Below, piece by piece: positions 11,291 to 25,827 of a DNA stretch of 32,000 bases (position 1 is the stretch's first letter; every line of letters starts with the position of its first letter). The stretch is from Desulfobulbus propionicus DSM 2032. Lineage in GTDB: Bacteria; Desulfobacterota; Desulfobulbia; Desulfobulbales; Desulfobulbaceae. Location of the stretch: the NCBI RefSeq assembly GCF_000186885.1, contig NC_014972.1, forward strand, positions 1,020,001 to 1,052,000, in the 5' to 3' direction. Below the pieces are notes generated by a model that did not search any database, was not told where the DNA came from, and saw only the letters and a list, made by a program, of their open reading frames with translations. A program made the position numbers and the translations under genes.

Positions 11291-12259
11291 ATGAAACGAA
11301 TACTGTCGGGAATTCAACCCTCCGGAAAACTTCATATCGGCAACTATTTTGGCATGATGCATCCCATGGTCCGCCACATGGAGACCGCGGAGTTGTATGT
11401 GTTTATCGTTGACCTGCATGCCCTGACCTCGGTCCATGACCGCGACCGGCTGCGGCAGGGGACCCTGGAGGCGGCGGCCGATTTTCTCGCCCTCGGCCTT
11501 GACCCGGAGCGCTGCATCTTCTGGGTGCAGTCCGATGTGCCCGAGGTGTGCGAGCTGTCCTGGCTGTTGTCGGTCCTGACCCCCATGGGGTTGCTGGAGC
11601 GCTGTCACGCTTATAAGGACAAGGTGGCCAAGAACATCGCGGCCAGCCACGGGCTGTTTGCCTATCCGGTGCTGATGGCCGCCGACATCCTCCTGTACCA
11701 GGCCGAGGTGGTGCCGGTGGGCAAGGACCAGAAGCAGCATGTGGAGGTGGCGCGCGACATCGCCATCCGCTTCAACAACACCTTTGGCGAGACCTTTGTC
11801 ATTCCGGAACCGGAGATCGACGAGACCACGGCCATCGTCCCTGGCCTTGACGGCCAGAAGATGTCCAAATCCTACGACAACACCATCCCCATTTTTCTCG
11901 ACGAGAAGGCGCTGCGCAAACGAGTCATGGCCATTCAGACCGATGCCACCCCGGTGGAGGCGCCCAAGGACCCGAGCACGTGCAACCTCTACGCCCTGCT
12001 CAAACTCTTTGCCCCGGAAGACAAGATGCGGGAGGTGCATGATTTGTATATCAACGGCGGGGCAGCGTACGGCTATCTCAAACAGGATCTGTTTGAACTG
12101 ATCAACGACTATTTTGCTCCGGCCCGCGCCAGGAAGAAGGAGTTGCTCGATAACCCCGATTATCTGCGCCAGATTTTGGCCAAGGGAGCGGAAAAGGCTC
12201 GGGCCAAGGCGACCGTGACCCTGGAGCGGGTCCGCGATCGCATGGGACTGAAATATTGA
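11291..12259 (+). CDS. trpS: Tryptophanyl-tRNA synthetase
   Basis: MKRILSGIQPSGKLHIGNYFGMM (HIGN), GLDGQKMSKSYDNTI (KMSKS). Start chosen at the ATG at 11291 instead of the track start at 11255. Confidence 0.97.
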   Translation: MKRILSGIQPSGKLHIGNYFGMMHPMVRHMETAELYVFIVDLHALTSVHDRDRLRQGTLEAAADFLALGLDPERCIFWVQSDVPEVCELSWLLSVLTPMGLLERCHAYKDKVAKNIAASHGLFAYPVLMAADILLYQAEVVPVGKDQKQHVEVARDIAIRFNNTFGETFVIPEPEIDETTAIVPGLDGQKMSKSYDNTIPIFLDEKALRKRVMAIQTDATPVEAPKDPSTCNLYALLKLFAPEDKMREVHDLYINGGAAYGYLKQDLFELINDYFAPARARKKELLDNPDYLRQILAKGAEKARAKATVTLERVRDRMGLKY

Positions 12260-12330
12260 TGCCTGAGGGGAGATTGGCGGGTGAGGCCGGCATTCAGTCG
12301 CTAGGCCGCTAGCGCTTCAATATCTCAATA

Positions 12331-12361
12331 AAAAAGGCGGGGAACAACCCCGCCTTTTTGT
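12331..12361. terminator. Bidirectional Rho-independent terminator between convergent trpS and the PPIase gene
   Basis: AAAAAGGCGGGG-AACAA-CCCCGCCTTTTT perfect 12-bp stem with A/T tracts on both sides. Confidence 0.92.
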
Positions 12362-12383
12362 GTTCGGTGCCTAGCGCCAATAA

Positions 12384-13421
<1,038 letters not shown>

Positions 13422-13676
13422 GGAGGTCTCCGGCAGTATTTTGTTCGTTGATATCGACCGCGCCCTCCGCCATGGGGGGCCGCCGGTCGACGGAATTGCG
13501 GTTGCATACAAGGCCCCTCTGTGGTTGTCAATGAAAAAGGGTATGATGGATAGGCGCGCGTACCGGTTCTCCGTCAAATTTTTCCGTATCCCGGTCAATC
13601 ATGGTTGACGGAGAGGCGGTGCTTTTGTTAAATAAACAAATTTTTGTGTCGTGCGGTTCAATCTCTCGGGAGCCTC

Positions 13677-15002
13677 TTGAAAACACTGCTGTACCTGCTC
13701 TACAGTGCACTGGGACATGGCTTGTATGCAATCCTCGTGCTGGCGTTGCCGCTGACACGATTCGTCGGCGGCAGGTACGGCTATGAAGCGGACCAGCGGC
13801 TGGGGCGCTATCCCGGCAGGGTCGCCGTCCGGCGTTCCGGCTTTTTAACCCTCTGGATTCATGCTTCCTCGGTGGGCGAGACGCAGGCGGCACTCATTCT
13901 CATCGATGCCCTGCGCGCTTCCGGTGAATCCTTCCGTTTTATTCTCACGTCCACCACCGAGCAGGGGCACAGGATGGCCCGCACCCGCCTGGCGGACACC
14001 GCTATCTGTCTGATGGCACCCCTTGATGTTCGGCCGGCCGTGCGTCGGGCGATCCGGTCCCTTCGGCCGGATCTGTATATCGGCCTGGAAACGGAGTTGT
14101 GGCCGATGCTGCTCGCGCAACTCGGCAACGCCCATGTTCCCCTGCTGCTGCTCAATGGCCGGCTTTCCGAGCGCTCCCACGGCCGCTACCTGCGGGTTCG
14201 CTCGTTCATGCGGACCTTTCTGGCCAAGTTCGAGGAGGTTGCGGTGATCACCGAGGCCGACGGGCGTCGGTTTGCCGACTTGGGCGTCCCTGTTAACCGC
14301 ATCCAGGTCTGCGGCAATCTGAAGTACGACATGCCAGCCGAGCAGACCGAGCAGACCCGGGTGGCCCAGCGTCGGCGATTGGGCGTGACGGACCAGAAGA
14401 TCTTTGTCTGCGGCTCGACCCATGAGGGCGAGGAAGAATTGCTGTTGCCGGTATTCCGCCAACTCGCCGCCACCTTTGCCGTGATTTGGGTGGTGGCCCC
14501 CCGTCATCTTGAGCGTCTCCCCGCGGTCGAATCCTTTTTTCGCCGCGCTGGCCTCGCTGTGGACCGGTATTCCGAACTGGCCCGCAAAGGGCGAACCGCC
14601 CCCGTGGTGCTGGTGGATACCATGGGCGATTTGGCCGATCTGTACTGCGGCGGCGATTACCTGTTCTGCGGCGGCAGCCTGGTGAACCGGGGCGGCCACA
14701 ATATCATGGAAGCGGCCCGTTGGGGGCGTCCGGTCTGCTTTGGGCCGTCGATGAAGGATTTTCGCGATGCCGCCGATTTGCTGCGGACTGGGGGCGGTGG
14801 CTTCGAGGTGGCTGACGCCGCTGAACTGACCGTCTTGCTGCTTCACCACCACGCCCATCCCGAAGCTTATCTCGCGGCGTGTGCGCGCGCGGCTGATATC
14901 GCTGCCAGCCAGCGGGGCGCGGTGGCCCGTCAGGTGGCCATCGTTCGCCGGCACCTCGATCGGCGGCGGAAATCGACCCCTCCGGGCGAATTTCGCGCCT
15001 GA
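13677..15002 (+). CDS. waaA: 3-deoxy-D-manno-octulosonic acid (Kdo) transferase, WaaA/KdtA family
   Basis: LWIHASSVGETQAA, RPDLYIGLETELWP, LLLLNGRLSERS, QVCGNLKYD, FVCGSTHEGEEE, CGGSLVNRGGHNIMEAA. Start uncertain: TTG at 13677 gives MKTLLYLLYSALG, while the track start is TTG at 13644. Confidence 0.88.
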   Translation: MKTLLYLLYSALGHGLYAILVLALPLTRFVGGRYGYEADQRLGRYPGRVAVRRSGFLTLWIHASSVGETQAALILIDALRASGESFRFILTSTTEQGHRMARTRLADTAICLMAPLDVRPAVRRAIRSLRPDLYIGLETELWPMLLAQLGNAHVPLLLLNGRLSERSHGRYLRVRSFMRTFLAKFEEVAVITEADGRRFADLGVPVNRIQVCGNLKYDMPAEQTEQTRVAQRRRLGVTDQKIFVCGSTHEGEEELLLPVFRQLAATFAVIWVVAPRHLERLPAVESFFRRAGLAVDRYSELARKGRTAPVVLVDTMGDLADLYCGGDYLFCGGSLVNRGGHNIMEAARWGRPVCFGPSMKDFRDAADLLRTGGGGFEVADAAELTVLLLHHHAHPEAYLAACARAADIAASQRGAVARQVAIVRRHLDRRRKSTPPGEFRA

Positions 15003-15123
15003 ACGGCATGACGGCATAACAGGACATGCTTATCATACCATACACATACGGTCAGAAAGCGCCAGCTCTTCGGGGCGTCCGCCTTCATGAGTGGCCGGAA
15101 CTTCGTTCTTTTTTAGGGATATT

Positions 15124-16236
15124 ATGAAAGCGTTAATCGGACTTGAAGACGGCACGGTCATGACCGCGCGATCCTTTACCGGACCAGGCGAGGCGGTGGG
15201 GGAAATAGTGTTCAACACCAGCATGAGCGGTTATCAGGAGGTGCTCACCGACCCCTCCTATACCGGGCAGTTGGTGACCATGACCTATCCGCTGATCGGC
15301 AATTATGGCGTGAACAATGAAGATATGGAGTCAGCCGGCGTGCATCCGCGGGCCTTTCTCATCCGTGAGTATCAGGACTGGCCCAGCAACTACCGGGCCA
15401 CCGGCAATCTGGCTGATTTTCTCAAACAATACGGAGTGCTGGGCGTCGAGGGACTGGATACCCGGATGCTGACCCGCAAGATTCGCACCACCGGCGCGAT
15501 GAAGGCCCTGATCACCACCACGGATATGGACCCTGCGTCGGTTGTCCGCCGCGCCCGGAACTGGGCGGGGCTGGTCGGCCGCGATATGGTGGAGCGGGTT
15601 GCCTGCGCCGCGAGCTACCGCTGGGAAGGGGAGGGGCCGGTGACGGGAAGCGGTTTTCCCCAAGGCCCGGGCCGTTTCAAGGTTATTGCCTATGATTTCG
15701 GCATCAAATACAATCAGCTCCGTCTGCTGACCCGCAAGGGGTGCCGGGTTTTGGTGGTTCCGGCCACCACCTCGGCGGAGGAAGTCCTGGCCCTGCGGCC
15801 GGATGGAGTGTTTCTCTCCAACGGCCCCGGCGATCCGGCCGGCGTGCGCGGCGTGGTTGGCAATGTAGGCAAACTGCTCGGCAAGGTGCCGATCTTCGGT
15901 ATCTGTCTCGGCCACCAGATGCTGGGCCTGGCCTATGGCGGCACCACCTATAAACTCAAGTTCGGCCACCGGGGCGGCAACCAGCCGGTCAAGGATCTGC
16001 TCACCGGCAAGGTGGAGATCACCTCGCAGAACCATGGCTTTTGTGTCGATCCCAAGAGTCTGCCATCGTCGGTCGAGGTGACCCACATCAACCTCAACGA
16101 CGGCAGCCTGGAAGGCATGCGCCACCGCGAGTGGCCGGCCTTTTCGGTGCAGTACCACCCCGAATACGCCCCCGGCCCCCACGATGCCGAATACCTCTTT
16201 GACCGGTTCATTCAACTGATGGAGCAGGCGAGCTGA
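15124..16236 (+). CDS. carA: Carbamoyl-phosphate synthase small subunit (glutamine amidotransferase)
   Basis: [49 protein letters not shown]..., [25 protein letters not shown]. Start at the ATG at 15124, preferred over upstream GTG 15091. Confidence 0.97.
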   Translation: MKALIGLEDGTVMTARSFTGPGEAVGEIVFNTSMSGYQEVLTDPSYTGQLVTMTYPLIGNYGVNNEDMESAGVHPRAFLIREYQDWPSNYRATGNLADFLKQYGVLGVEGLDTRMLTRKIRTTGAMKALITTTDMDPASVVRRARNWAGLVGRDMVERVACAASYRWEGEGPVTGSGFPQGPGRFKVIAYDFGIKYNQLRLLTRKGCRVLVVPATTSAEEVLALRPDGVFLSNGPGDPAGVRGVVGNVGKLLGKVPIFGICLGHQMLGLAYGGTTYKLKFGHRGGNQPVKDLLTGKVEITSQNHGFCVDPKSLPSSVEVTHINLNDGSLEGMRHREWPAFSVQYHPEYAPGPHDAEYLFDRFIQLMEQAS

Positions 16237-16262
16237 GCGCTCGGCGGTAAAGGAAGACAACC

Positions 16263-19487
<3,225 letters not shown>

Positions 19488-19587
19488 AGGCGAATCAATG
19501 TTAAAGTAAGGTATCCGGTTGAAAAATAGGGAGAAGTGGCCACAGGGGCCGACCGTCCTTTTGACGATGTATTTGTGGAGATAATTG

Positions 19588-21423
19588 TTGAATACCTTTT
19601 ATAAAAATCTCAGTATGTGGCTGGTCATCGGATTGACCATGATCCTGCTGTTCCAGCTGTTCAATAAGCCGCAGGGCCAGAGCAATTCCATCACCTACAG
19701 CGAATTCTGGTCCAACGTGGAAAGCGGCGCCATCAGCAAGGTCAGTATCCAGGGCGAGGAGATCACCGGCATCGGCCAGGATGGACGGCCCTTCAAGACC
19801 GTGGCGCCCAACGATACCGGCCTGATTCCCATGCTGCGTGATTCGGATGTGGATATCTCGGTCAAGAAGCCCGAGGAAACTCCCTGGTATCTGACCATTT
19901 TTATTTCCTGGTTTCCGATGCTGCTGCTGATCGGCGTGTGGATCTTTTTCATGCGCCAGATGCAGATGGGCGGCAAGGGCGGGGCGCTGTCCTTCGGCAA
20001 GACCCGCGCCAAGCTCCAGGGCGAGGGCGAGGTCAAGGTAACCTTCAAGGATGTGGCCGGCATTGACGAAGCTAAGGCGGAACTGGAAGAGATTATTGAT
20101 TTTCTCCGCGATCCGCAGAAGTTCACCAAGCTCGGTGGCCGCATTCCCAAGGGCGTGCTGTTGGCCGGCTCGCCCGGTACCGGCAAGACGTTGCTCGCCC
20201 GGGCCATTGCCGGTGAGGCCGGGGTGCCCTTTTTCACTATCTCGGGCTCGGATTTTGTCGAGATGTTCGTCGGTGTCGGTGCCTCCCGGGTGCGCGATCT
20301 GTTCAGCCAAGGCAAGAAAAACGCGCCTTGCATCATCTTCATCGACGAGATCGACGCGGTCGGTCGCCATCGTGGCGCCGGTCTGGGCGGCGGTCACGAC
20401 GAGCGCGAGCAGACCCTCAACCAGCTGCTGGTGGAGATGGACGGATTCGAGGGCAACGATGGGGTGATTATCATCGCCGCCACCAACCGGCCCGATGTGC
20501 TCGATCCTGCCCTGCTTCGCCCCGGCCGCTTCGATCGCCAGGTGGTGGTGCCGGTGCCGGACGTCAAGGGTCGGGAGAAGATCCTCGAAATTTATGGCAA
20601 GAAAACCAAGCTGGCCGCCGATGTCGACATGGCGGTCATTGCCCGTGGGACCCCTGGTTTTTCCGGCGCTGATCTGGAAAATCTGATCAACGAGGCGGCC
20701 TTGATGGCGGCGCGTGAGGGCAAGGAAGAGGTTGATGCCGCCCAGTTGGAACGGGCCAAGGACAAGGTGATGATGGGGGCGGAACGCAAGTCCATGATCA
20801 TCAGCCCGCGTGAGAAGGAAATCACCGCCTACCACGAGGCCGGACACGCCCTGGTGGCCCGGCTCCTGCCCGGCACCGATCCCATCCACAAGGTGACCAT
20901 CATCCCGCGTGGCCGGGCCTTGGGTTTGACCATGCAGCTGCCCATGGATGAAAAATATACCCATGCGCGCGGTTATCTGCTCAATTCGATCGCCATTCTC
21001 TTTGGCGGTCGGGTGGCGGAGAAGCTGGTGTTTGACGAGATCACCACCGGTGCGGGCAACGACATCGAACGGGCCAGCGAGTTGGCGCGCAAGATGGTCT
21101 GCGAATGGGGCATGAGCGACGAACTCGGGCCGCTGGCCTACGGCAAGAAGGAAGAACACATCTTCCTTGGCCGCGAGATCGCCCAGCATCGTGATTACAG
21201 CGAGCAGACCGCGCAGAAGATCGATGCGGCGGTCAAGCAGATCATTGTCGAGGCCAACGACAAGGTGACCCGCTTGCTCGACGAGAATCGGGACATCCTC
21301 AAGGCCATTGCCGACGAGCTGTTGGAAAGGGAAACCATCATGCTCGAGGACATTGATCGGATCATCGACGAGTTACGTGGCGGTGCCGGGGCGGAGGAGG
21401 TCGAGGAAACGGTCGAGGCCTGA
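19588..21423 (+). CDS. ftsH: ATP-dependent zinc metalloprotease FtsH
   Basis: [17 protein letters not shown] Walker [12 protein letters not shown] region [25 protein letters not shown] zinc-binding motif. TTG start, either 19585 or 19588. Confidence 0.97.
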   Translation: MNTFYKNLSMWLVIGLTMILLFQLFNKPQGQSNSITYSEFWSNVESGAISKVSIQGEEITGIGQDGRPFKTVAPNDTGLIPMLRDSDVDISVKKPEETPWYLTIFISWFPMLLLIGVWIFFMRQMQMGGKGGALSFGKTRAKLQGEGEVKVTFKDVAGIDEAKAELEEIIDFLRDPQKFTKLGGRIPKGVLLAGSPGTGKTLLARAIAGEAGVPFFTISGSDFVEMFVGVGASRVRDLFSQGKKNAPCIIFIDEIDAVGRHRGAGLGGGHDEREQTLNQLLVEMDGFEGNDGVIIIAATNRPDVLDPALLRPGRFDRQVVVPVPDVKGREKILEIYGKKTKLAADVDMAVIARGTPGFSGADLENLINEAALMAAREGKEEVDAAQLERAKDKVMMGAERKSMIISPREKEITAYHEAGHALVARLLPGTDPIHKVTIIPRGRALGLTMQLPMDEKYTHARGYLLNSIAILFGGRVAEKLVFDEITTGAGNDIERASELARKMVCEWGMSDELGPLAYGKKEEHIFLGREIAQHRDYSEQTAQKIDAAVKQIIVEANDKVTRLLDENRDILKAIADELLERETIMLEDIDRIIDELRGGAGAEEVEETVEA

Positions 21424-21515
21424 GATGTTGCAGGCCCAGAGGGGTGAAGCCGGCCCATCTCTGTCGGAGATATGGATTCGGTTTAGCTGAGGGGGCTGCG
21501 GACGACGCATGTTGT

Positions 21516-21584
21516 TCGCGGGCATGGCCCGCTCCCACGGACCTCACGCTCCGCAGCAGGGGGAGGAGCGGGCCATGCCCGCGA
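21516..21584. repeat. Perfect 20-bp inverted repeat, REP/BIME-like palindromic element
   Basis: TCGCGGGCATGGCCCGCTCC (21516-21535) and exact reverse complement GGAGCGGGCCATGCCCGCGA (21565-21584), separated by 29 nt. Each arm itself contains a GCGGGC..GCCCGC hairpin. Confidence 0.85.
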
Positions 21585-21619
21585 TATGAAATTAACCGAG
21601 TAACGAATCAACACAATAT

Positions 21620-21655
21620 GGGTTGCCTTCGCAAGCAGAAGGCAACCCTTTTTTT
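21620..21655 (+). terminator. Rho-independent terminator-like hairpin after ftsH, immediately upstream of folP
   Basis: GGGTTGCCTTC-GCAAGCA-GAAGGCAACCC (11-bp perfect stem) followed by seven T residues. Confidence 0.85.
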
Positions 21656-21669
21656 ATGGAGAACAAGCA

Positions 21670-22473
21670 ATGACCCACCGCACCAAAATTATGGGGATTC
21701 TCAATGTCACCCCGGATTCCTTTTCCGACGGCGGCAAATGGATCAGCGAAAAAGCCTTGGATGAACGGATTGACCAGTTGATAGCCGAAGGTGCGGATAT
21801 CATCGATGTGGGGGGCGAATCCACCCGCCCCTTTGCCGAACCGGTGCGTGTGGACGAGGAGTTGGCGCGGGTGATTCCGGCGATCCGAAAAATAAGGCAG
21901 CGCAGCGACATTCCCATCTCCATCGACACCACCAAGGCAGCGGTGGCTAGGGCGGCCATCGATGCCGGGGCGACGATGATCAACGATATTTCCGCCCTGC
22001 GCCAGGATCCCGAAATGCTCGCGGTGGTCCGATCGTTTGATGGCCCGGTGGTGATCATGCACATGCAGGGCACACCGGGGGACATGCAGCGCAATCCGCA
22101 ATACAGCGACGTGGTCGCGGAAATTAACGACTTTTTCACCGAACGCATCTGCTGGTTGGACGCAAACGGCGTTGACCGCTCACGGATTATCGTCGACCCC
22201 GGTATCGGCTTTGGCAAGACCCTGGAGCATAATTTGACGATCCTGCGCAACATCCCAGCCTTCAAGGAGCACGGCTGCCCCGTGTTGATCGGTCATTCGC
22301 GTAAATCCTTCTTGGAGCAGGTGTTGGATATTCCAGTGGACGAACGCGACAGCCCGACCGCATTGGTATCTGTCTTTTGTGCTCAGCAGCAAGTTGATAT
22401 TCTTCGGGTGCATGATACGCGCAGTACTGTGCAGGCTCTCGTGTTGCATAACGTTTTGATTGATTTGCCGTAG
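21670..22473 (+). CDS. folP: Dihydropteroate synthase
   Basis: IMGILNVTPDSFSDGGKW, GADIIDVGGESTRPFAEPV, ISIDTTKAAVARAAIDAGATMINDISAL, VIMHMQGTPGDMQ, IDPGIGFGK, LIGHSRKSF. Confidence 0.98.
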   Translation: MTHRTKIMGILNVTPDSFSDGGKWISEKALDERIDQLIAEGADIIDVGGESTRPFAEPVRVDEELARVIPAIRKIRQRSDIPISIDTTKAAVARAAIDAGATMINDISALRQDPEMLAVVRSFDGPVVIMHMQGTPGDMQRNPQYSDVVAEINDFFTERICWLDANGVDRSRIIVDPGIGFGKTLEHNLTILRNIPAFKEHGCPVLIGHSRKSFLEQVLDIPVDERDSPTALVSVFCAQQQVDILRVHDTRSTVQALVLHNVLIDLP

Positions 22474-22917
22474 TAAGGAGCCGATATACACACCTTAATC
22501 GGACCGGGAAGGTTTGCTTTTTTCAGAAATGCGGAAAAAAAAACGGAAATTTTATCTTTTTCTTTATGAATACAACACGTTATTGTGCAGATTCTAGAGT
22601 GCATTCATTGTCTGCGTCCCTGAAAGCCGCGTTTGTAAAAATACTTTAATTGCAACAAGTTGCAGCGAGTGAGCGGGTGATTTGTTAATTGTTTTTTTAA
22701 CCCTATCACAGATAAGGTAAAAGAGATACGGTACAAAATTTCGTTCGACTATATTTATTTTTAATTTCAAATCAGTTGGTTAGCTATGGTTGAGCGTGTA
22801 TGATTTTAGGGTTGTGATGTGTTGAATGTGGATCGATTTATGCAAATAAATTAAAAAACTGGAAAGGAAAAGAGCCCTGTCCAGGATACTAGCAAATCAA
22901 TGAGAGGGGAGGGTGTT

Positions 22918-23763
22918 ATGAAGAAACTGATATGCTTGGCAACATTGGGACTGTTAGGTGTCGCGGCGAACGCGCCAGCTATGACCATAACCGCCATGGA
23001 CAGTGCAGTTAATCTGGCCAACGCGTTGGGGGGGGCAGGCGTTACCATTTCCAATGTAACCTATACTGGTGCATTCGCCGCATCCGGTTATTTTACCGGG
23101 GGCGCGGCAGCTGGACTGGGCATTGACAAAGGTGTCGTTCTGACTAGTGGCCGTGCCAGCTATCTGAATGGAACGAGCAACACAAGCGATGCGATCACTG
23201 GTATTAACAATTTGGCAGGCGATGGAGATTTGAATGGACTGATTCCGGGATATTCCACCCACGATGCCACGGTACTCGAGTTTGACTTTGTCAGTGAAGG
23301 ATCAACAGCCTATTTTAACTATGCTTTTGGCTCAGAAGAGTATGACGAGTGGGTTGGCTCTGCATACAATGATGTTTTTGGTTTCTTTTTTGACGGGAAC
23401 AACAACATTGCCCTGATCCCTGGAACTTCTACCCCTGTTGCCATTAACAAGGTCAATGGAGGGTCGTATTCAACCTATTTCAATGCGAATGACCCGACAA
23501 ATGGCATTCCGACACCGTATGCCTTCGAATACGACGGATTCACCGATATGTTTACCGCTTCCATGACCGGACTGACTGCGGGCCAGACCTATCATATTAA
23601 ATTGGCCATCGCCGATGCGGGAGACTGGAGTCTTGACTCCGGTGTATTCCTCCAGGCAGGAAGTTTTTCCAAGGATCCTGTTCCGGAACCCGCTACCATG
23701 TTGCTCTTTGGTACCGGTCTTGCTGGCTTGGCCGCTGCTGGTCGGAGGCGAGTACAGAAATAA
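22918..23763 (+). CDS. PEP-CTERM sorting domain protein with choice-of-anchor-L-type domain
   Basis: Signal peptide MKKLICLATLGLLGVAANAPA, domain signature TVLEFDFVSEGSTAYFNYAFGSEEYDEWVGSAYNDVFGFFFDG, C-terminal VPEPATMLLFGTGLAGLAAAGRRRVQK. Confidence 0.85.
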   Translation: MKKLICLATLGLLGVAANAPAMTITAMDSAVNLANALGGAGVTISNVTYTGAFAASGYFTGGAAAGLGIDKGVVLTSGRASYLNGTSNTSDAITGINNLAGDGDLNGLIPGYSTHDATVLEFDFVSEGSTAYFNYAFGSEEYDEWVGSAYNDVFGFFFDGNNNIALIPGTSTPVAINKVNGGSYSTYFNANDPTNGIPTPYAFEYDGFTDMFTASMTGLTAGQTYHIKLAIADAGDWSLDSGVFLQAGSFSKDPVPEPATMLLFGTGLAGLAAAGRRRVQK

Positions 23764-23790
23764 TTGATCTGATTTATTGGAAAAGTTGTT

Positions 23791-23824
23791 AAAAAGCCTG
23801 ACCGGATCCGGTCAGGCTTTTTTA
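23791..23824. terminator. Rho-independent terminator after the first PEP-CTERM gene
   Basis: AAAAAGCCTGACC-GGATCC-GGTCAGGCTTTTTT hairpin with A/T tracts on both sides. Confidence 0.88.
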
Positions 23825-24668
23825 TTACCGTACCGCATCAGTGCTTTTTCATGTGTCATGTCGCATGAAGCAGGGGATGGCCCCTGTTGGGTGAGTGCCA
23901 TTGATCGATAAAGAGAGATGGAGTGAGCCGTTTCCAGGATATCTTTCTGGCTGTATCCCCCTTTCAGGGGCCACAGTGAAAAACTGTATCCTTGACTATC
24001 AGGAATGCTGGAAACATAGATTTCCTTTTTTCCGGATTTTTTTCCGGAAAAAGTTAAAAACGACATAATTTCAATTTGTTCTTTAGGAAGATATGTGTCA
24101 TGGCGATGCAATTTTTAACCTCATAGATTTATTCTCGTCACAGTGTTTGGCTTGTGCTTTCCTTGGCGCCTTTTTTCAATCTCTTCTGCTTGCGATCGCT
24201 TTCTCCCGTGAAGCCCTTGCTCGCTCAGCTTTTCACTGAAAAGAAGCTCCTGCCACATAGGGGCTTTTCAGTACAATGGAATGTGAAGGAGTTTGTCAGC
24301 GTGTATGTCCGGAAAAGTGAAAACATGATTTGGATGCGCGAAGGGACAAGACAAGGCGGAACGTTGGGTGTCGTAATGAAACCGATGGATGCCCATCTGT
24401 TTGATTGTTATATAACGTATTTAATTTAAAAGATAAAATAAATTCAAGCTTGGCCTGTGGTTAAGAGGGTGTAAAAAAAAGTGAAGTCTTCTGCAAATAA
24501 GGTGAATATTTTGCAACCTCGATTGGCAAGGATGGGTACTGTTTCAGTGAACAGAAGAAGTTACCTCTGAGCATGCGCGAAGAGAATTGTTTGCCAGGAA
24601 AGCTTGAGCAGACAGCGTCCGCATGTGAAAGAGCGGTGGGATTCATCAATAAATAAGGAGGATTTGGT

Positions 24669-25679
24669 ATGTTAGGGAAAAAATGGTTGTTTTTGGCTGT
24701 GGCGGCAATGATGGCTGTATTCGCGAGTTCGGCTCTGGCGGACACCTCGGTTTCGTGGGTATCGCCGTCGAATGGGTCTTCCTATGTTGAGGGCACGGTT
24801 CTCGGTGCATCGCAACCCGACGGCGCCATTACCGGTCAGGCCGGCGCCAGCGGTATGACCGGCGGTACCGGTTTGGACCTGATGTTGGTCATTGATGTTT
24901 CCGGAAGTATGTCTGGCTCAAAACTCACTGCTGTGAAAGCGGCTGCGGTTGCCTTGGTCAACTCTCTCCCTAACAACACAACGCAAGTTGGCATTGTGAA
25001 ATATAGTTCCAGTGCAAATATGGTTGAGATGCTTCAGGATTTGACGAGCAATAAATCAGATTTGATTGCAACGATCAACGGGTTGTCTGCAAGTGGATCA
25101 ACAGCGACTGGGACCGCAATTCAAGTTGCTACAGCTGAGTTGCTTTCTTCACGTGCCATTGCTGGCCATGCTAAAATGGAGGTCGTGTTGAGTGATGGTG
25201 AGTACAATGTGGGCATCGACCCTAAGATTGCTGCAGCACAGGCACACGCGCAAGGGATTACCGTGCATACCGTAGGTGTTCAATTATACGGTACCGGTTA
25301 CACGTCTATGCAGCAAACAGCTGTTGCAGGTGGCGGTATTTTTACCAATGTTAACAACCTCAATGACCTTGTGGCACTTTTCAGCGGTACCGGCGGCAAT
25401 CTGGTCGGTCTTGACCATGTGGATATTCAGCTAGCCGATGGGTCTTGGAAATATGACATCGCCACCGATGGTTTGGGCAACTTCATCCTTCCTGATCAGG
25501 TGATTGCCCTCGGAGCCAACACCTTCACCGCCCATGCCTATGGCACGGATGGAACCTCCGCTTCTGCGGTGTTAACCCTTTACGGGACTCCGAATGCCGT
25601 TCCCGAGCCCACCACCATGCTGCTGTTCGGCGTTGGCTTGGCCGGTCTGGTTGGTTTGAGCAGAGCAAGAAAGGCATGA
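24669..25679 (+). CDS. PEP-CTERM sorting domain protein with von Willebrand factor type A domain
   Basis: Signal peptide MLGKKWLFLAVAAMMAVFASSALA, vWA MIDAS motif LMLVIDVSGSMSGSKL...VVLSDGEYNVG, C-terminal VPEPTTMLLFGVGLAGLVGLSRARKA. Strong AAGGAGGA Shine-Dalgarno upstream. Confidence 0.9.
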   Translation: MLGKKWLFLAVAAMMAVFASSALADTSVSWVSPSNGSSYVEGTVLGASQPDGAITGQAGASGMTGGTGLDLMLVIDVSGSMSGSKLTAVKAAAVALVNSLPNNTTQVGIVKYSSSANMVEMLQDLTSNKSDLIATINGLSASGSTATGTAIQVATAELLSSRAIAGHAKMEVVLSDGEYNVGIDPKIAAAQAHAQGITVHTVGVQLYGTGYTSMQQTAVAGGGIFTNVNNLNDLVALFSGTGGNLVGLDHVDIQLADGSWKYDIATDGLGNFILPDQVIALGANTFTAHAYGTDGTSASAVLTLYGTPNAVPEPTTMLLFGVGLAGLVGLSRARKA

Positions 25680-25710
25680 GATAAGTTACTCTGCAATACC
25701 GTTTCCACCC

Positions 25711-25744
25711 AAGGCAAGCATGAATAATGCTTGCCTTTTTTTTA
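25711..25744 (+). terminator. Rho-independent terminator after the second PEP-CTERM gene
   Basis: AAGGCAAGCAT-GAATA-ATGCTTGCCTT perfect 11-bp stem followed by T run. Confidence 0.88.
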
Positions 25745-25827
25745 TGTTCCACGGTAGAGGATAGACCATGCTGACACGGGTGATAACTGCGTTGCGTCCT
25801 AGAAAATTTGAGATGACGGAGGAGAAT

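Noticed and set aside
12299-12314. CGCTA-GGCCGC-TAGCG mini-hairpin after trpS
   Set aside because: Five-bp stem without T tract; the adjacent 12-bp bidirectional terminator explains the region.
15091-15123. Possible attenuator GAAC-TTC-GTTC-TTTTTT just before carA
   Set aside because: The stem is only 4 bp and no alternative antiterminator structure or leader peptide could be supported by eye.
19501-21189. Minus-strand 562-aa ORF opposite ftsH
   Set aside because: Shadow ORF; composition is typical of reverse-complemented high-GC coding DNA.
24461-24668. Checked for a c-di-GMP-I (GEMM) riboswitch upstream of the vWA PEP-CTERM gene
   Set aside because: The conserved GEMM core elements could not be recognised; the region has a strong Shine-Dalgarno but no matching aptamer pattern.
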